Shown: positions 33,955 through 45,100 of the stretch, piece after piece
Position numbering within the stretch: the stretch's first letter is position 1
How the letters are laid out: every line of letters begins with the position of its first letter
IMG/VR virus record: IMGVR_UViG_3300022555_000010
Location: 87,774-151,773 of that record
Reading direction: 5' to 3' (one strand)
Length of the DNA stretch: 64,000 nt
Source of the DNA: a virus
Made by a program: the position numbers and the translations under genes
Notes under the pieces: model-generated
The model's database searches: none
What the model saw: the letters and a program-made list of their open reading frames with translations, nothing else
Told to the model about the DNA's origin: nothing

Positions 33955-34737
33955 ATGAGTATATTTACGACAAAAGATGTTGATGCGGCTGGGGTTGTTC
34001 GTCCAGGTACGGGGACTTGTGGGGTTTACGGCATTGGGAATATTGTCAATGGCAAGTGGTATATTGGTAGTAGCAAACATATTTGGCACAGGTGGAAGGC
34101 ACATATTTCTTCTCTTCGGTGTGGTAAACATCGTAATAATTTTCTCCAAAATGCTTGGAATAAACATGGAGAGGGATGTTTTGAATTTATTATTCTCGAA
34201 GAGTGTCTGGCCAGCGAAAGAATGATACGTGAGAATATATGGATGGGAACTCATCGTTCTTTGGTTGAACTATCTGGGTATAATCTAAAGACGGCTGATC
34301 CTGAAAATACGGTTTATTCGGAGAAGGCCAAGATTAAGATGCGGCTGACAAAGAGCACTCCGGAGTGGAAGGCAAAGGCTAGTGCAGCACAGATGGGACA
34401 TAAAACGAGTCAAGAGACCAAGGACAGGATTCGTGAAGCCCATATTGGTCAAAAGGCTTCAGCGGCAACTAGGGAAAAGATGAGTAAGGCCAGGTTGGGT
34501 AAAAAACATTCAGAAGAATGGAAACTCAAGCAGAGTGTTGCCATGAATACTTCTGAATATAAGGATAAGATGAGTTCATCTTTGAGGGTTCAATGGAAGA
34601 AGCCGGAATTTAGGGATAAGGTGATGGCTGGACGCAATACGCCAGAGTGTAAAGCAAAAATCAGAAGCCCGAAATCTGACAAGCATCGGGAAAATATGAG
34701 GGCATCGTGGGTTCAGAGGAGACTGAAGATAAAATAG
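33955..34737 (+). CDS. GIY-YIG homing endonuclease with NUMOD3 repeats
   Basis: GVYGIGNIVNGKWYIGSS...RWKAH...H.N..LQNAWNKHG; repeats such as GKKHSEEWKLK and ETKDRIREA. Confidence 0.9.
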   Translation: MSIFTTKDVDAAGVVRPGTGTCGVYGIGNIVNGKWYIGSSKHIWHRWKAHISSLRCGKHRNNFLQNAWNKHGEGCFEFIILEECLASERMIRENIWMGTHRSLVELSGYNLKTADPENTVYSEKAKIKMRLTKSTPEWKAKASAAQMGHKTSQETKDRIREAHIGQKASAATREKMSKARLGKKHSEEWKLKQSVAMNTSEYKDKMSSSLRVQWKKPEFRDKVMAGRNTPECKAKIRSPKSDKHRENMRASWVQRRLKIK

Positions 34738-34779
34738 TTGGTGTAATGGGATTGGAGAGCATCCTGTCGGGATGATATT

Positions 34780-35988
34780 ATGGCAAGTAATTCTATAAAT
34801 ATTTCGAAAGAGTTGATAAAAGGGATTGTAGACATTGCTCGTCACAAAGAGTTTTACGGGCATATCATACAACAAATGGAACGGATCTTCGTGGAGGATG
34901 ATCATACCGTTCAGACGGCAGCGGTCGGACGGGTTCCAGGGGACAGATTCGTTAAGATGTATCTGAGCCGAAAATTCTTTAGAGACATTTTCGAGGAACA
35001 CGGTAAAACAAAAGGATGGACCTTTATGTTGGGAGTCCTTGAACACGAAATCATTCATATCGTTTTTGGACACCTATTTCTAATTTTCGAGGACCATACC
35101 AGGGGGAATGTGGCAAAGGACCTCGTGGTCAATGGGATTATTCCCAATGACACTTTGCCGGGGAATTATGTCATTCCGGAACATTACGGATTTGAACGAG
35201 GTAAATCTTCGATGTGGTATTACACCCATCTTCAAGACAATCCGAAATATAAAAAGCAGTGTGCTGATGGACAATTTGGAAAGGGCGGGATTCTGTCTCA
35301 CATTATGTCTTCACATGGAATGTGGGAGGATATTAAGGACGATCTTGTGGCCAAGGAGTTTGCAAAGGATATTGTTCGCAAGGCACAAGATCTTTGCAAT
35401 AATAGTTACGATAATATTCCTGGGGCTGTTCTGGCACAGATTGAAGACTTGCTCAAGAAGGAAAAGTCTATCATTCCTTGGGCAAAGGTGCTGAGGATGT
35501 TTGTGGCGTCTTGTGCCGAGAGCATTCTGGACTATACGGTTAAGAGAATCAGTAGAAGGTTCAATACAAGGCCTGGGACTCGCAAGGGGGACGTCTTGAA
35601 CCTTGCCGTGGGGGTTGACACCTCCGGATCAATATCCGATCAGGAATTGGCCATATTTTTTAATGAGATCAAGTGGCTATGGAAAAATGGGGTTACGGTT
35701 ACGGTTTATGAAGCTGACTGTGCGGTTTGTGCTGTGTATAAGTACAAGGGCAAATTCACAGGGAAGGTTCATGGGAGAGGTGGTACTAACCTGGAGCCGG
35801 TGCTGAAGGAGACGGAAGGCAAGTATGATGCTCTGATTTACTTCACCGACTTCGAGGCCCCGACCATCACCAAGAGGTACAGGATTCCGATATTGTGGGT
35901 TTTGAGATCGGATATGGGTCCGGATCGTTATCCCTATAAATGGGGCAGATGTATTCGGATTAACAATGACAAAGCAGTGGCGGCATAA
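34780..35988 (+). CDS. putative metallopeptidase with VWA-like domain (DUF2201-like)
   Basis: HEIIH (HExxH); VDTSGSI; GRGGT; YFTD. Confidence 0.85.
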   Translation: MASNSINISKELIKGIVDIARHKEFYGHIIQQMERIFVEDDHTVQTAAVGRVPGDRFVKMYLSRKFFRDIFEEHGKTKGWTFMLGVLEHEIIHIVFGHLFLIFEDHTRGNVAKDLVVNGIIPNDTLPGNYVIPEHYGFERGKSSMWYYTHLQDNPKYKKQCADGQFGKGGILSHIMSSHGMWEDIKDDLVAKEFAKDIVRKAQDLCNNSYDNIPGAVLAQIEDLLKKEKSIIPWAKVLRMFVASCAESILDYTVKRISRRFNTRPGTRKGDVLNLAVGVDTSGSISDQELAIFFNEIKWLWKNGVTVTVYEADCAVCAVYKYKGKFTGKVHGRGGTNLEPVLKETEGKYDALIYFTDFEAPTITKRYRIPILWVLRSDMGPDRYPYKWGRCIRINNDKAVAA

Positions 35989-36012
35989 AGCCGGGAATAA
36001 AGGGAGAACAGT

Positions 36013-36381
36013 ATGAAAAGTATGTTTGTAGTATCAGGGTCGTTTGTGAATAAGCATGTTGGGAAAGAGTATGATGTGATCGTCGAGGTTGCCGATGAGC
36101 CTACGACTGAGAACATTCAGGTCTATGCTGATCAGGTGATGGGAAAGATCAAGGAGTTGTGGGATATGGAGGTTGCGACACCTTATTCTGATTTAGCAGA
36201 ACGAAAGGTTGTGGTTCATCTTCATGCGGCACCGCCTTTTGCGGCGATGCTTGTCAATCTCCAGATCATTCTGAAGGCACAGAGTGGGATTGTTGTGGAA
36301 CTTCCGTGGGAAACACCTCCGGATGTGACGAAGTTGGATGCAGAGTCCCAGGAGATTCTGAGGAAGTTGGAGAACAAATGA
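36013..36381 (+). CDS. hypothetical protein
   Basis: GGGAGA RBS. Confidence 0.6.
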   Translation: MKSMFVVSGSFVNKHVGKEYDVIVEVADEPTTENIQVYADQVMGKIKELWDMEVATPYSDLAERKVVVHLHAAPPFAAMLVNLQIILKAQSGIVVELPWETPPDVTKLDAESQEILRKLENK

Positions 36382-36863
36382 AGATAAACCAAGTTGGGAT
36401 TACGGAGTTTGCTCTCCCTGTTGGGGCTATCGCAATCATTTCTGGTAACACGTTAGAACTTCACATGGGCAAGTCGGTTGATGGGTATAAATTACCCAGT
36501 GAGCCAAAGTGTACCAGGACGGAACTGGGAAAGATGATTCCGATAAAACAAACTCGGAATCGCAAGGTGTTTATTCCGTTCTATGAATTGGCCGTGAATG
36601 CTGTGATTCCAGGAGAGAGGCTCCAGGACATTATGAGGCGACTGGAGAAGAAGAATAAGAAAGAGATTGCCGCCGCCGTTCTGGATATGGCGAGGTTCAG
36701 TCTCTTGTTTGAAGATCAGAAGCAAACATCAGAAATGATGAGAGCTGGTAAATGTTCTTGGGTTCTCAAGGTGTTTCGCAGTTGGCCTATGGCTATTCGG
36801 GCTGATGGTAGCGGTAATTTGGGGGCCTGTGCGTATCAGCAGTTGTTAGTGATTGGTGGATGA
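36378..36863 (+). CDS. hypothetical protein
   Basis: ATGA-coupled. Confidence 0.55.
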   Translation: MKINQVGITEFALPVGAIAIISGNTLELHMGKSVDGYKLPSEPKCTRTELGKMIPIKQTRNRKVFIPFYELAVNAVIPGERLQDIMRRLEKKNKKEIAAAVLDMARFSLLFEDQKQTSEMMRAGKCSWVLKVFRSWPMAIRADGSGNLGACAYQQLLVIGG

Positions 36864-36893
36864 GTCGGTAAACAAAATAAGGAGTAATTAGGT

Positions 36894-37472
36894 ATGTCGA
36901 AGTTTGTAGATTTCTATAGTGACCGTGAAGTTCAAGACATCATGGAGGCGTTTGTCGAGCGTTTCCCGTCGATGTTTGAGGGGTTTGATGCCTCCAAGAT
37001 TGGGTTCGTAACCACGAAGAAGAAGGGCAAGAAGACTGGGCCGGCATTGAAGATGCATAAGGTGGCCTATCCTCAAAACGTGTGGCTCTCGAAGGCCTAC
37101 ATTTGTGAGGCTCAAGACGGGGCCTGGAAGCGGTTGGATGCCAAGAAGAAGAATCTGTCGGTGTTCCGTTCTATGTGTGCGGTTCCGGCGGGTGGATTCG
37201 ATGAGCAGTCGAAGTCTTACGGGAAATTGCTTACCCCGGACATCAAGATGTTTATGCGGGAATTCGCGGCATCTGGTGGTGTTCCGAACTGGGAAGAGAA
37301 TCCTTCGGCAACTGACCCGATGGAGCAGACGGTGGAAGGAATTGCCAAGGCGATGCCTATCGTTGAAGCGATCCCGGCCGAAGACGGTGTTGAACGCAAG
37401 GCTGTCACGGCGGCTGATGTGGCGTCGGTGGTGCCCAAGGGCAAGGGTGCCGCGATGCCTGTCAAGAAGTAG
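36894..37472 (+). CDS. hypothetical protein (possible phage metallopeptidase-like fold without HExxH)
   Basis: AAGGAG upstream; W..LD..KK..V pattern. Confidence 0.5.
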   Translation: MSKFVDFYSDREVQDIMEAFVERFPSMFEGFDASKIGFVTTKKKGKKTGPALKMHKVAYPQNVWLSKAYICEAQDGAWKRLDAKKKNLSVFRSMCAVPAGGFDEQSKSYGKLLTPDIKMFMREFAASGGVPNWEENPSATDPMEQTVEGIAKAMPIVEAIPAEDGVERKAVTAADVASVVPKGKGAAMPVKK

Positions 37473-37495
37473 GATAACATCCAAGGGGGACAGCG

Positions 37496-38104
37496 ATGCC
37501 TGTTAATAGGCCAGACGATTATCTGGAAATGCCGGATTACAAACGCAGACAACTACGTTTGCAGAAGAAAATCAGGCACTACGAGAAACATGATCGTCCA
37601 GAGCTGTCTCCCGAGGATCTCTTGAAATATCTCAGGGATCATAAGATTCGATCATCCAAAGTCCTTGAAAAGACTCGTGCTCCAACAGATCCAAATACCA
37701 ATGATTTCCGGAAGGCTTTTGGCAGTTGGTCCGAAGCAGTGAGAAAAGCGTTTGGAAGTGGTATTGCTTTTGATGTGGATAAGGACTACATTCTCAAATC
37801 TGTTCCCCAGTTTAATTTATGGTCGGTGAAAAGATTTAGGGAAGCTCGTAAAGTAGACCCGGTGAGTGTGCCTTCTTGGAGGTCCATAAGAAAGAACTGG
37901 GGAACTTACAAAAATTTGATAGAGTGTGCTCGCCGTCAGAATTTGAAACTGCTTTTGTATGAATACTTGAAGTTGAAACGGAAGTTAGGACACATCCCGA
38001 GCCTTGAAGAACTCCGGGAAGCCAATATAAGGATGGACGAAGCAATCCTCTTTTACGGAAGTAAAAAGCAGATGGATGAGTTTGTCGTCACTATGGAAGG
38101 ATAA
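37496..38104 (+). CDS. homing-endonuclease-associated repeat protein
   Basis: FGSWSEAVRKA, WGTYKNL, KLGHIPS repeats. Confidence 0.6.
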   Translation: MPVNRPDDYLEMPDYKRRQLRLQKKIRHYEKHDRPELSPEDLLKYLRDHKIRSSKVLEKTRAPTDPNTNDFRKAFGSWSEAVRKAFGSGIAFDVDKDYILKSVPQFNLWSVKRFREARKVDPVSVPSWRSIRKNWGTYKNLIECARRQNLKLLLYEYLKLKRKLGHIPSLEELREANIRMDEAILFYGSKKQMDEFVVTMEG

Positions 38105-38105
38105 T

Positions 38106-38555
38106 ATGAGAGACCGACAAGAAGTTGTTGACAGGTATATTGAATTGAGAGACAGGTATCTCAAGGAACGTAAGGAACAGTATCTTGGTAAACTACCTAT
38201 CAATTGTTCCCATAATGTCAGACTTCGAGTGAAGGGCAAGGGGCAACTGGGATTCTGTCAGAACCCCCAAGTGTTATCCAAGTGTGGTCCCCACAAAATG
38301 TTTTTATGTAATGAGCCAGATACGGCACAACGATGTCGTGTCTTCAATTGCCGGAACACAGAGGTTACAGTGGAGGCCGAGATGAAAGAGATCATGGGAT
38401 CTCCGGCCAGGTGTGGTAATGATTATCCGAAATTGGCGATGTTGATCTGGTTTCTTCAGGAGGATGTTGTCGGGAAAACAAAGAGTTTTTGGAAGAAGGC
38501 TGATAAAATTCTCTGGAAAATCCCAAGACTGATAGCCACAGGGCGTTGGAAATGA
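38106..38555 (+). CDS. Cys-rich hypothetical protein
   Basis: ORF in operon. Confidence 0.55.
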   Translation: MRDRQEVVDRYIELRDRYLKERKEQYLGKLPINCSHNVRLRVKGKGQLGFCQNPQVLSKCGPHKMFLCNEPDTAQRCRVFNCRNTEVTVEAEMKEIMGSPARCGNDYPKLAMLIWFLQEDVVGKTKSFWKKADKILWKIPRLIATGRWK

Positions 38556-39136
38556 ATAAAATTTGGGTATGTCTTATGGTGAGTAGGACATTGTCCAACA
38601 CCAACCTGAAAGCCATCTCCAGGGAACTAACAGTAGTTTTCAGGGATGATCTTTTGGGTTTTAAAGTTGTTTGCAATGACCAGATGTCGGCTTCTGGGGA
38701 GTATTACATTTTCGTAAATTGTGATAATTACCGGGAACATATTGAGGCGATCAATCGTTGTCATTTTATTACGAGTGTGGTTCCTGACCGTGAATCTCCA
38801 CATCCTTTTACTCCAAAAGAAATTGTTGAATTTTTAACTTCCGCTGGATTAAAGGAAGAACCGAGTGGCACCCTGGAGAACGGAGATGTCGTTTTAGTAA
38901 AGGATGGATATCTCAAGGGATTGTATGGGGTTGTTACAAAAGAAATGCCACGCAAAAAGTTCAAAGTTTTCTTCAGTTTTTATGTTCGACAATTTACCGA
39001 GTCTTTACGCGTGACATCATTGGAATTTATCGGTAAGGTATCTGGATATGAATTTCCGTCGGAAGTCGTTGGTAAACCAATTGTTATAGGGGCTCACGTT
39101 GTCCACCACCGTAAGTTACATAGGCCAGAAAGTTGA
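38552..39136 (+). CDS. NusG-like transcription factor (NGN + KOW)
   Basis: YYIFV in the NGN-like part; KOW ENGDVVLVKDGYLKGLYGVV. Confidence 0.65.
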   Translation: MNKIWVCLMVSRTLSNTNLKAISRELTVVFRDDLLGFKVVCNDQMSASGEYYIFVNCDNYREHIEAINRCHFITSVVPDRESPHPFTPKEIVEFLTSAGLKEEPSGTLENGDVVLVKDGYLKGLYGVVTKEMPRKKFKVFFSFYVRQFTESLRVTSLEFIGKVSGYEFPSEVVGKPIVIGAHVVHHRKLHRPES

Positions 39137-39677
39137 TAATCTCAGATCGTCAAATACGACTGAAGAAGGTATTCTTCCATATTTCAGTGTCGAGCAGGTT
39201 AGAGCTTTCAGGTCAGTTTTTGGCTTTTTGAATGATAAGGACCGGGATATTCTATATCTCATCTTTGTCTCTCGAAAGAAGCAGAAGGACGTTCAGCGGA
39301 TCATGAACCGGTCCCAGCCGTCACTTTGCTATGATATCAAGCGTATTCGTCGCCGGCTTCGATATATCTTCTACATTCACTCCGTATTTGACATCTTCGT
39401 GAACTTTACCCAGGAGAAGGTTTCTTTCTTTACCCCGGAAGAGATGGAGATTCTCACATTGATGTTCTACACCAGTAGTTTCACAGTTACGGCCGAGATG
39501 ATGAATCTGTCCCAGGTGAGGACTCGATATGCCTATAATAAGTGCCTACGGAGGATGGAAGCCCTGGGAATGTGGGAGTCTTACGAGATCTTCATGGTCA
39601 TCCGGGAGAACTTGAATGCCATAAGAAGGGTCTATAAGGGAGATTCTTGTGGTTTAAAGGCTCTTGAGTTGGTGTAA
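39099..39677 (+). CDS. protein with two sigma70-region-4-like HTH domains
   Basis: LNDKDRDILYL...QKDVQRIMNRSQPSL..IKR; FTPEEMEILTL...TAEMMNLSQVRTR. Confidence 0.55.
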   Translation: MSTTVSYIGQKVDNLRSSNTTEEGILPYFSVEQVRAFRSVFGFLNDKDRDILYLIFVSRKKQKDVQRIMNRSQPSLCYDIKRIRRRLRYIFYIHSVFDIFVNFTQEKVSFFTPEEMEILTLMFYTSSFTVTAEMMNLSQVRTRYAYNKCLRRMEALGMWESYEIFMVIRENLNAIRRVYKGDSCGLKALELV

Positions 39678-39717
39678 GTTTTTATTGATATTCTGGTGTT
39701 AGTAGGAGGACATTGCT

Positions 39718-39990
39718 GTGAACGAAGAAATTTTTGAGGGCTTTTGCTGGCATAGTTCCATCGGAATCGATTCGACTCTGGATGGAAATAAGAAGTTTGT
39801 GACTCGACTCCCAAACAGTCGTCAGGCCCTGTCTATGTTCACAGCGTCCGGGAATAACCTGTTGATCCATAAGACAACGAGGTGTTTATGGAAAATGTCC
39901 GAGGATAAGAAGACCATCGAACCTGTATTCAGCTCAGATGTTCTTTCAACTGACGAGGTTAAGGCGGCTATGGAGGGATCTGAACAATGA
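39718..39990 (+). CDS. hypothetical protein
   Basis: AGGAGG RBS, GTG start. Confidence 0.6.
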   Translation: MNEEIFEGFCWHSSIGIDSTLDGNKKFVTRLPNSRQALSMFTASGNNLLIHKTTRCLWKMSEDKKTIEPVFSSDVLSTDEVKAAMEGSEQ

Positions 39991-41513
39991 ATTTAGAAGC
40001 TATTTTTAGAAAAGATGCGGCGATTGAAGATCACTCACTTGTGGACCATTCCTGGCTAAAGGACGGATCAATCTTGAATATCGAGTCAATGAGGAACCCG
40101 AACAACATTAAGCCACAGGTTGAGGTTGAATGGGGTCTGGGCGGTCCAGATATCGATATCGACGAGCCTGCGGGTGCAGTCAAGCGTAACATCCCGGAAG
40201 AGAACCTGGGGGATGCTGGGGCCGTTATTCTCTTTGCCAGGGACAAGATGAACCGGGGATTGCGTGGAAGTCAGGTCGTGGCGGCTCTCCGGGCTAAATA
40301 TCCGGCAGCTTTGTTGGCTTCTGCCTCTACAGGTCTTCGTCAGATGTTCGCGATGGAAGGGATTATTGGTCGAATTGCCATTGATGCCAGGGGATACAAG
40401 AATTGTCAGGCGGCTGTCAAAGCGGCAAGTAATTCCCCCTACAAGCGGTTTATCAAGTATGTCTATGGGTGTTCTTGTGGTGATCACCACATTTTGCCAA
40501 TGAATGACACCAGCATCATCGGTTCTGATGTTGCATCCTGCGGGAACGGATTTGACGATTTCTTGGCCGGGGACAAGACAACAGCCAAGACTGCGGCTTA
40601 TTGCCGGACAACAATGCTACCTGTTATGGCGGCAGGAGACTTGGATAAGTCGTTGCTGGACAGCACTTTAATCGATATGGGGGATCTTACCCCGGTGCCC
40701 CAGGAAGTCGTGAAGAAGGTCGGGGCGATGAAGGCGAGCAATCTTCGTAAGATTCAGGCTGCTTTCAAGTGGCTGGATAAGAAGGCTGATGCGACAGAAT
40801 CGTCGAGATATGCTGGTAAAGTGGACGCCAGTTCGTTCCAATTGAAGAAGGCGGATAACGAGATTGATTTCTTCAATGGACCGGAGGCGGAGATAGAGGT
40901 GGACGGAACTAATCCGTATTTGATGACGGACATTGATCCTCGTGCTCCTTTCAAGACAAACTTCGATGGTCCGACATCATTGCCGGGACTTCTGGATGAT
41001 TTGGAAGCGATGACTCCCCAGGGAGAGGGTGAAGCCCAGATCCCGATTGAATTGATGGACGAACGTGGCGGGGCAACTCAGGTTCAGATTGATCAGCCGG
41101 CTCAACCGATCAAGAGGCAGGTTGTTGAACAACGTCCGTGCAATATGGATGTTGATTTCTTCGCTCCGGGGAATATGGACATTAACTTGGATGGCGAACA
41201 GGAACTGCCAATTGATGAGATGAGCAAGATTTTCGAGCCTTTGGATGTTAATCCGAATGGTGGTGACATGGATGGGACAGCCCTGGAACTGGGAGCCATT
41301 GATGTTGATATGGCGGACAAACTTCCGCCAGGGTTTGAAGGAACGGATGAGATATCATTCGACGAACAACCTGTAAAGGATGGTTTGATTGACATCGATT
41401 TACTTCCTCGGGCTGATGATATTGACTTTGATTTGACTGCGAAAGTTGAGAAGAGAGTCCCATATCATAATCCGAGCAGACCTTCCGGGATGCAGAACAG
41501 ACGACATGGATGA
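39987..41513 (+). CDS. hypothetical protein with acidic C-terminal half
   Basis: 508-aa ORF, ATGA-coupled. Confidence 0.7.
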   Translation: MNLEAIFRKDAAIEDHSLVDHSWLKDGSILNIESMRNPNNIKPQVEVEWGLGGPDIDIDEPAGAVKRNIPEENLGDAGAVILFARDKMNRGLRGSQVVAALRAKYPAALLASASTGLRQMFAMEGIIGRIAIDARGYKNCQAAVKAASNSPYKRFIKYVYGCSCGDHHILPMNDTSIIGSDVASCGNGFDDFLAGDKTTAKTAAYCRTTMLPVMAAGDLDKSLLDSTLIDMGDLTPVPQEVVKKVGAMKASNLRKIQAAFKWLDKKADATESSRYAGKVDASSFQLKKADNEIDFFNGPEAEIEVDGTNPYLMTDIDPRAPFKTNFDGPTSLPGLLDDLEAMTPQGEGEAQIPIELMDERGGATQVQIDQPAQPIKRQVVEQRPCNMDVDFFAPGNMDINLDGEQELPIDEMSKIFEPLDVNPNGGDMDGTALELGAIDVDMADKLPPGFEGTDEISFDEQPVKDGLIDIDLLPRADDIDFDLTAKVEKRVPYHNPSRPSGMQNRRHG

Positions 41514-41541
41514 GATTGGAGTTCGGACATAGTCCGATAAT

Positions 41542-42126
41542 ATGAGCGATAACGACTTTGACAAGACGGATAGAGAGGCCGGAGTAACATCTGAGGTACA
41601 GGTTTTGCCTCCTTGGCAATCCAGTGGTCTGTCTACGGTAAAGCCGGCATCTGATGTAATTCAATTCCGGCAGAAACTTGTGGAAGAGTATCATAAGGGT
41701 GCTCCAAGTCTTGCTGCTCGGCTGAAAATAGCTGGGAAGGAAGACCTCGAATCATACATTGTCGCGATGATTGATGAGGTTATCCAGGAGACAGATCACT
41801 TGCTGGGTAATGAGTTGGTTGCAACTCATAACGGTGATTTGCGTGACGCTTCCGTCATTTCATTTAAAAGGGCCGAGGTCTTGGAGAAGGCAATCAAGGC
41901 GGCTCAAACGAAACAGCAGTTTGAGAAGCAGGGCGGGGTAGATGTTGATTCCCCGGCAATGATTATCATCTTCCGGTTCTTTATGGGCAAGGCGAAAGAG
42001 ACATTTGACAAGATGGGCGTGGATACGGAAATACCGGATCTATTCTTTAGAAGGTTCGGTGAGGTGACTACGGACTGGAAGAAGGATCTACGACAGAGTT
42101 TTGAGCAGGTAAGGAACCAAAGGTGA
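41542..42126 (+). CDS. putative terminase small subunit
   Basis: Helical 194-aa ORF directly upstream of TerL (position only). Confidence 0.4.
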   Translation: MSDNDFDKTDREAGVTSEVQVLPPWQSSGLSTVKPASDVIQFRQKLVEEYHKGAPSLAARLKIAGKEDLESYIVAMIDEVIQETDHLLGNELVATHNGDLRDASVISFKRAEVLEKAIKAAQTKQQFEKQGGVDVDSPAMIIIFRFFMGKAKETFDKMGVDTEIPDLFFRRFGEVTTDWKKDLRQSFEQVRNQR

Positions 42127-42133
42127 GGTTCGG

Positions 42134-45100
42134 ATGGCGAATAATCTTCTTGCAGAACTTTCCAAAGAGTTCGTCACCGGGACGACAGAAATCACGGATG
42201 TCATTACTTTCTCGGAATCGTCCTGGGGGCTTGGAATCACCTTGTCTCCCGTTCAGAAGTTTACCCTAAAATGTGCATCTGGTGACAATCTCATTGTGGG
42301 AGACTCTGGAATACCCATTACTCTTCGTCAATACTTTGATGATAAACATTCTCTTGTTGAAACATATGACGAGACCACTGGTGAAATTAAATGGACATCA
42401 TCGAATGGGGTATTTCAAAACGGAATTAAGGAAGTCTATCGTTTAACAGGGAAATTGACAAAAAGGTGGGTAGAATTGACGGGGGATCATCTTGTAAAGG
42501 TTCCTTATGGATATCGACGGTTAGATGAATTAAAGAAGGGAGATCGATTTGTAATTACCGAATTAGAGCCATTTGCGAAGGTAAACTCCGGATTAGAGGA
42601 CTGGGAGGCAGGATTTCTCGGTTTGATGGTAGGTGATGGTTCATGTTCTTGTGCCAATATCGGATTAGTGGTGGCAGATGGAGAATGGGAGATTCAAAGA
42701 TATTTCGAAGACTGTGTTCTTCGAATGGATTCAAATATGATATTTCGTTCTCGTGCTGGGGAAGGATGTTTTACTCATTATGCGGCACGACCGAAGGGTT
42801 GGGACCGAAACACCAAAAGTGCTGTTGGAATATTTTTAGATAAACATGGTGTTTTGGGAAAGACTTGTCATGAAAAGAGAGTACCAAATGCCGTGTTCCA
42901 ATCGTCATCATCGGCCCAGAAGGAATTCCTTAAGTGCGTTTTCGCGACAGATGGAGGAATTTCGGTACATCGAGGGAAAACACTTGGAATTACACTTTTA
43001 TACACTTCTTGTAATCGGGTATTGATAGATGATATTGGGCTATTATTGAGGAGATTTGGAGTCAGAAGCACGGTTGTTCATCTTGACACGGATACAAACT
43101 TTGGGAAACAGGACGCTTGGCAAATTATTATTAACAGTGTGTCTGAGATGAGACGTTTCTTTTCCAGGGTTGGAGTCCCAATGGGTTGGGAAAGAAGATA
43201 TGATGAGTCTTGGCCAATAATCAATAGTCGTAAGAGGTCTTTCTCCCACGTTGATTGTTTACCAGTAGAGGTGAGGGAATTTGCGACAGGAGTTAGAAGT
43301 GAATTTTTAAAAGGAGGAGGAAGGATTCCAAGATCTGCTCCATCTGTTATTAGGGCTCAAACGACTAATAAGTCTTCTTTATTGGCGTTGGCGAATTGGA
43401 CGAAGAATGTGGAGGCCAGGAGAATATCTGACGGGGATATTTGTTGGGACAGGGTTTTATCAATAGAATCACAGGGAGAAAAAGATGTCTATGATATCTC
43501 CGTTCCCGTTACTAACAATTTCGTATTAAATGGGATCGTGGTTCATAATTGTTTGTATGGAATGCCTCTTGATAAAGGGGAGAAGACGATTGATGTTCCA
43601 GACATTGTCAATGAGCACATCCTTTATCGTTTCAATGAGGCGGAATTTCTTCATTGGCTCTATGCCGAGAAGAGGTGCAATGTTGAATTTACAGAGGGGA
43701 AAATCTGGCAGAACTTGATATTAGCCTGGGGGCGTCGTAGTGGTAAATCAACCTTGTCGGCTTGTATCTCAAACTATGAGATGTATAAACTTCTGAAGCA
43801 TGGGGACCCGGCGAAGTTTTATGATCAGAATCCTGGGGCGGTCATCTCAATATTGAACGTGGCACCTACTGATGAGCAGGCCGAGGTTGTCTTTGATATG
43901 ACACAGAATATGGCGACGAGATGTCCGTTCATCAAAGATCGAATGAACCATCTTACACAGACCTATTTCGATATTCAGACAGATGAGGATATGAAATTCA
44001 CCGGAAAGAAGAAGGCCAGTTTGTTGTCAATCTCCGGGGGATGTTCTTCCAACGCACTTCGTGGACAAAATGCCATAATGATCATTATGGATGAGATGGC
44101 CCATTTTATTGACAACAATGGACGTTTCTCAGGATCTGAAGTCTACAACGCTTTGGAACCTTCTCGTTTGACATTCAGGAGAGATGGAAAGGTTATCTGC
44201 ATTTCATCTCCATATGCCAAGTTCGGAAAGTTCTACGAGTTATGGCAGGACGCTTTTCAGAATCCTGAAATCACCCTCGGGTTCAAGATGTATTCGGCGA
44301 TGGTTAATCCGACAAAGTGTCCAACGGAGATTCTTAAGGCCGCAAGAAAGGCAGACAGAACCAAGTTCATGTGTGAGTACGGGGGAGAGTTCTCGGATAC
44401 AATTACAGCATGGATTGAGGATGAGGCAGAATTTAAACAGTGTGTTGTAAGTTCTCCGGCACCTTCTCGGGGTGTTCATGATGTTCCATATTATTACGGG
44501 ATTGACTTGGGATTCAAGAATGACGGTTCATCGGTGGCAGTGGTCCATAAAGACACTACAACTAATAAAATCGTTCTTGATTATGCCAACGTGTGGTATT
44601 CTGGTTCTTCCGATATTTGGGACATTGATGATAGTCCATATCGTCTATGCAATAAATTCGCCAAGATGGATCTGATTCGGATGAATGATATCGTAGCGGA
44701 GATCAAGGATCTGACAAAATGGTTTCCAGCTAAAGAGGGAATATTCGATCAGCACAATGGATACGCCCTGGCAGAACTTTTCTTGAACGAACACATGGCT
44801 CAATTTGAAATGCAGAACTTTTCAGACTCGTTGAATAGTGAAGTCTATCAGCTTGTTAAGAGGCTTTATGCTGAACAGTTGCTTGTCCTGTTTGACCATC
44901 CCGTGTTGATTCCGGAGATGCTGACATTAGAGGCAGAGAAGAGGTCGAAGGATAAAACGATTGTTCGTGCCCCGGTTCGGAGAGGGGCACATGACGATAT
45001 TTCGGATGCTTACTGCCGGGCGGTTTGGAAATGCTATAACGGGTTCAAAGAGCGTCCGGCCAATATTTCGACAGGAACGGGTGGCCGGGTTACTCCGGCA

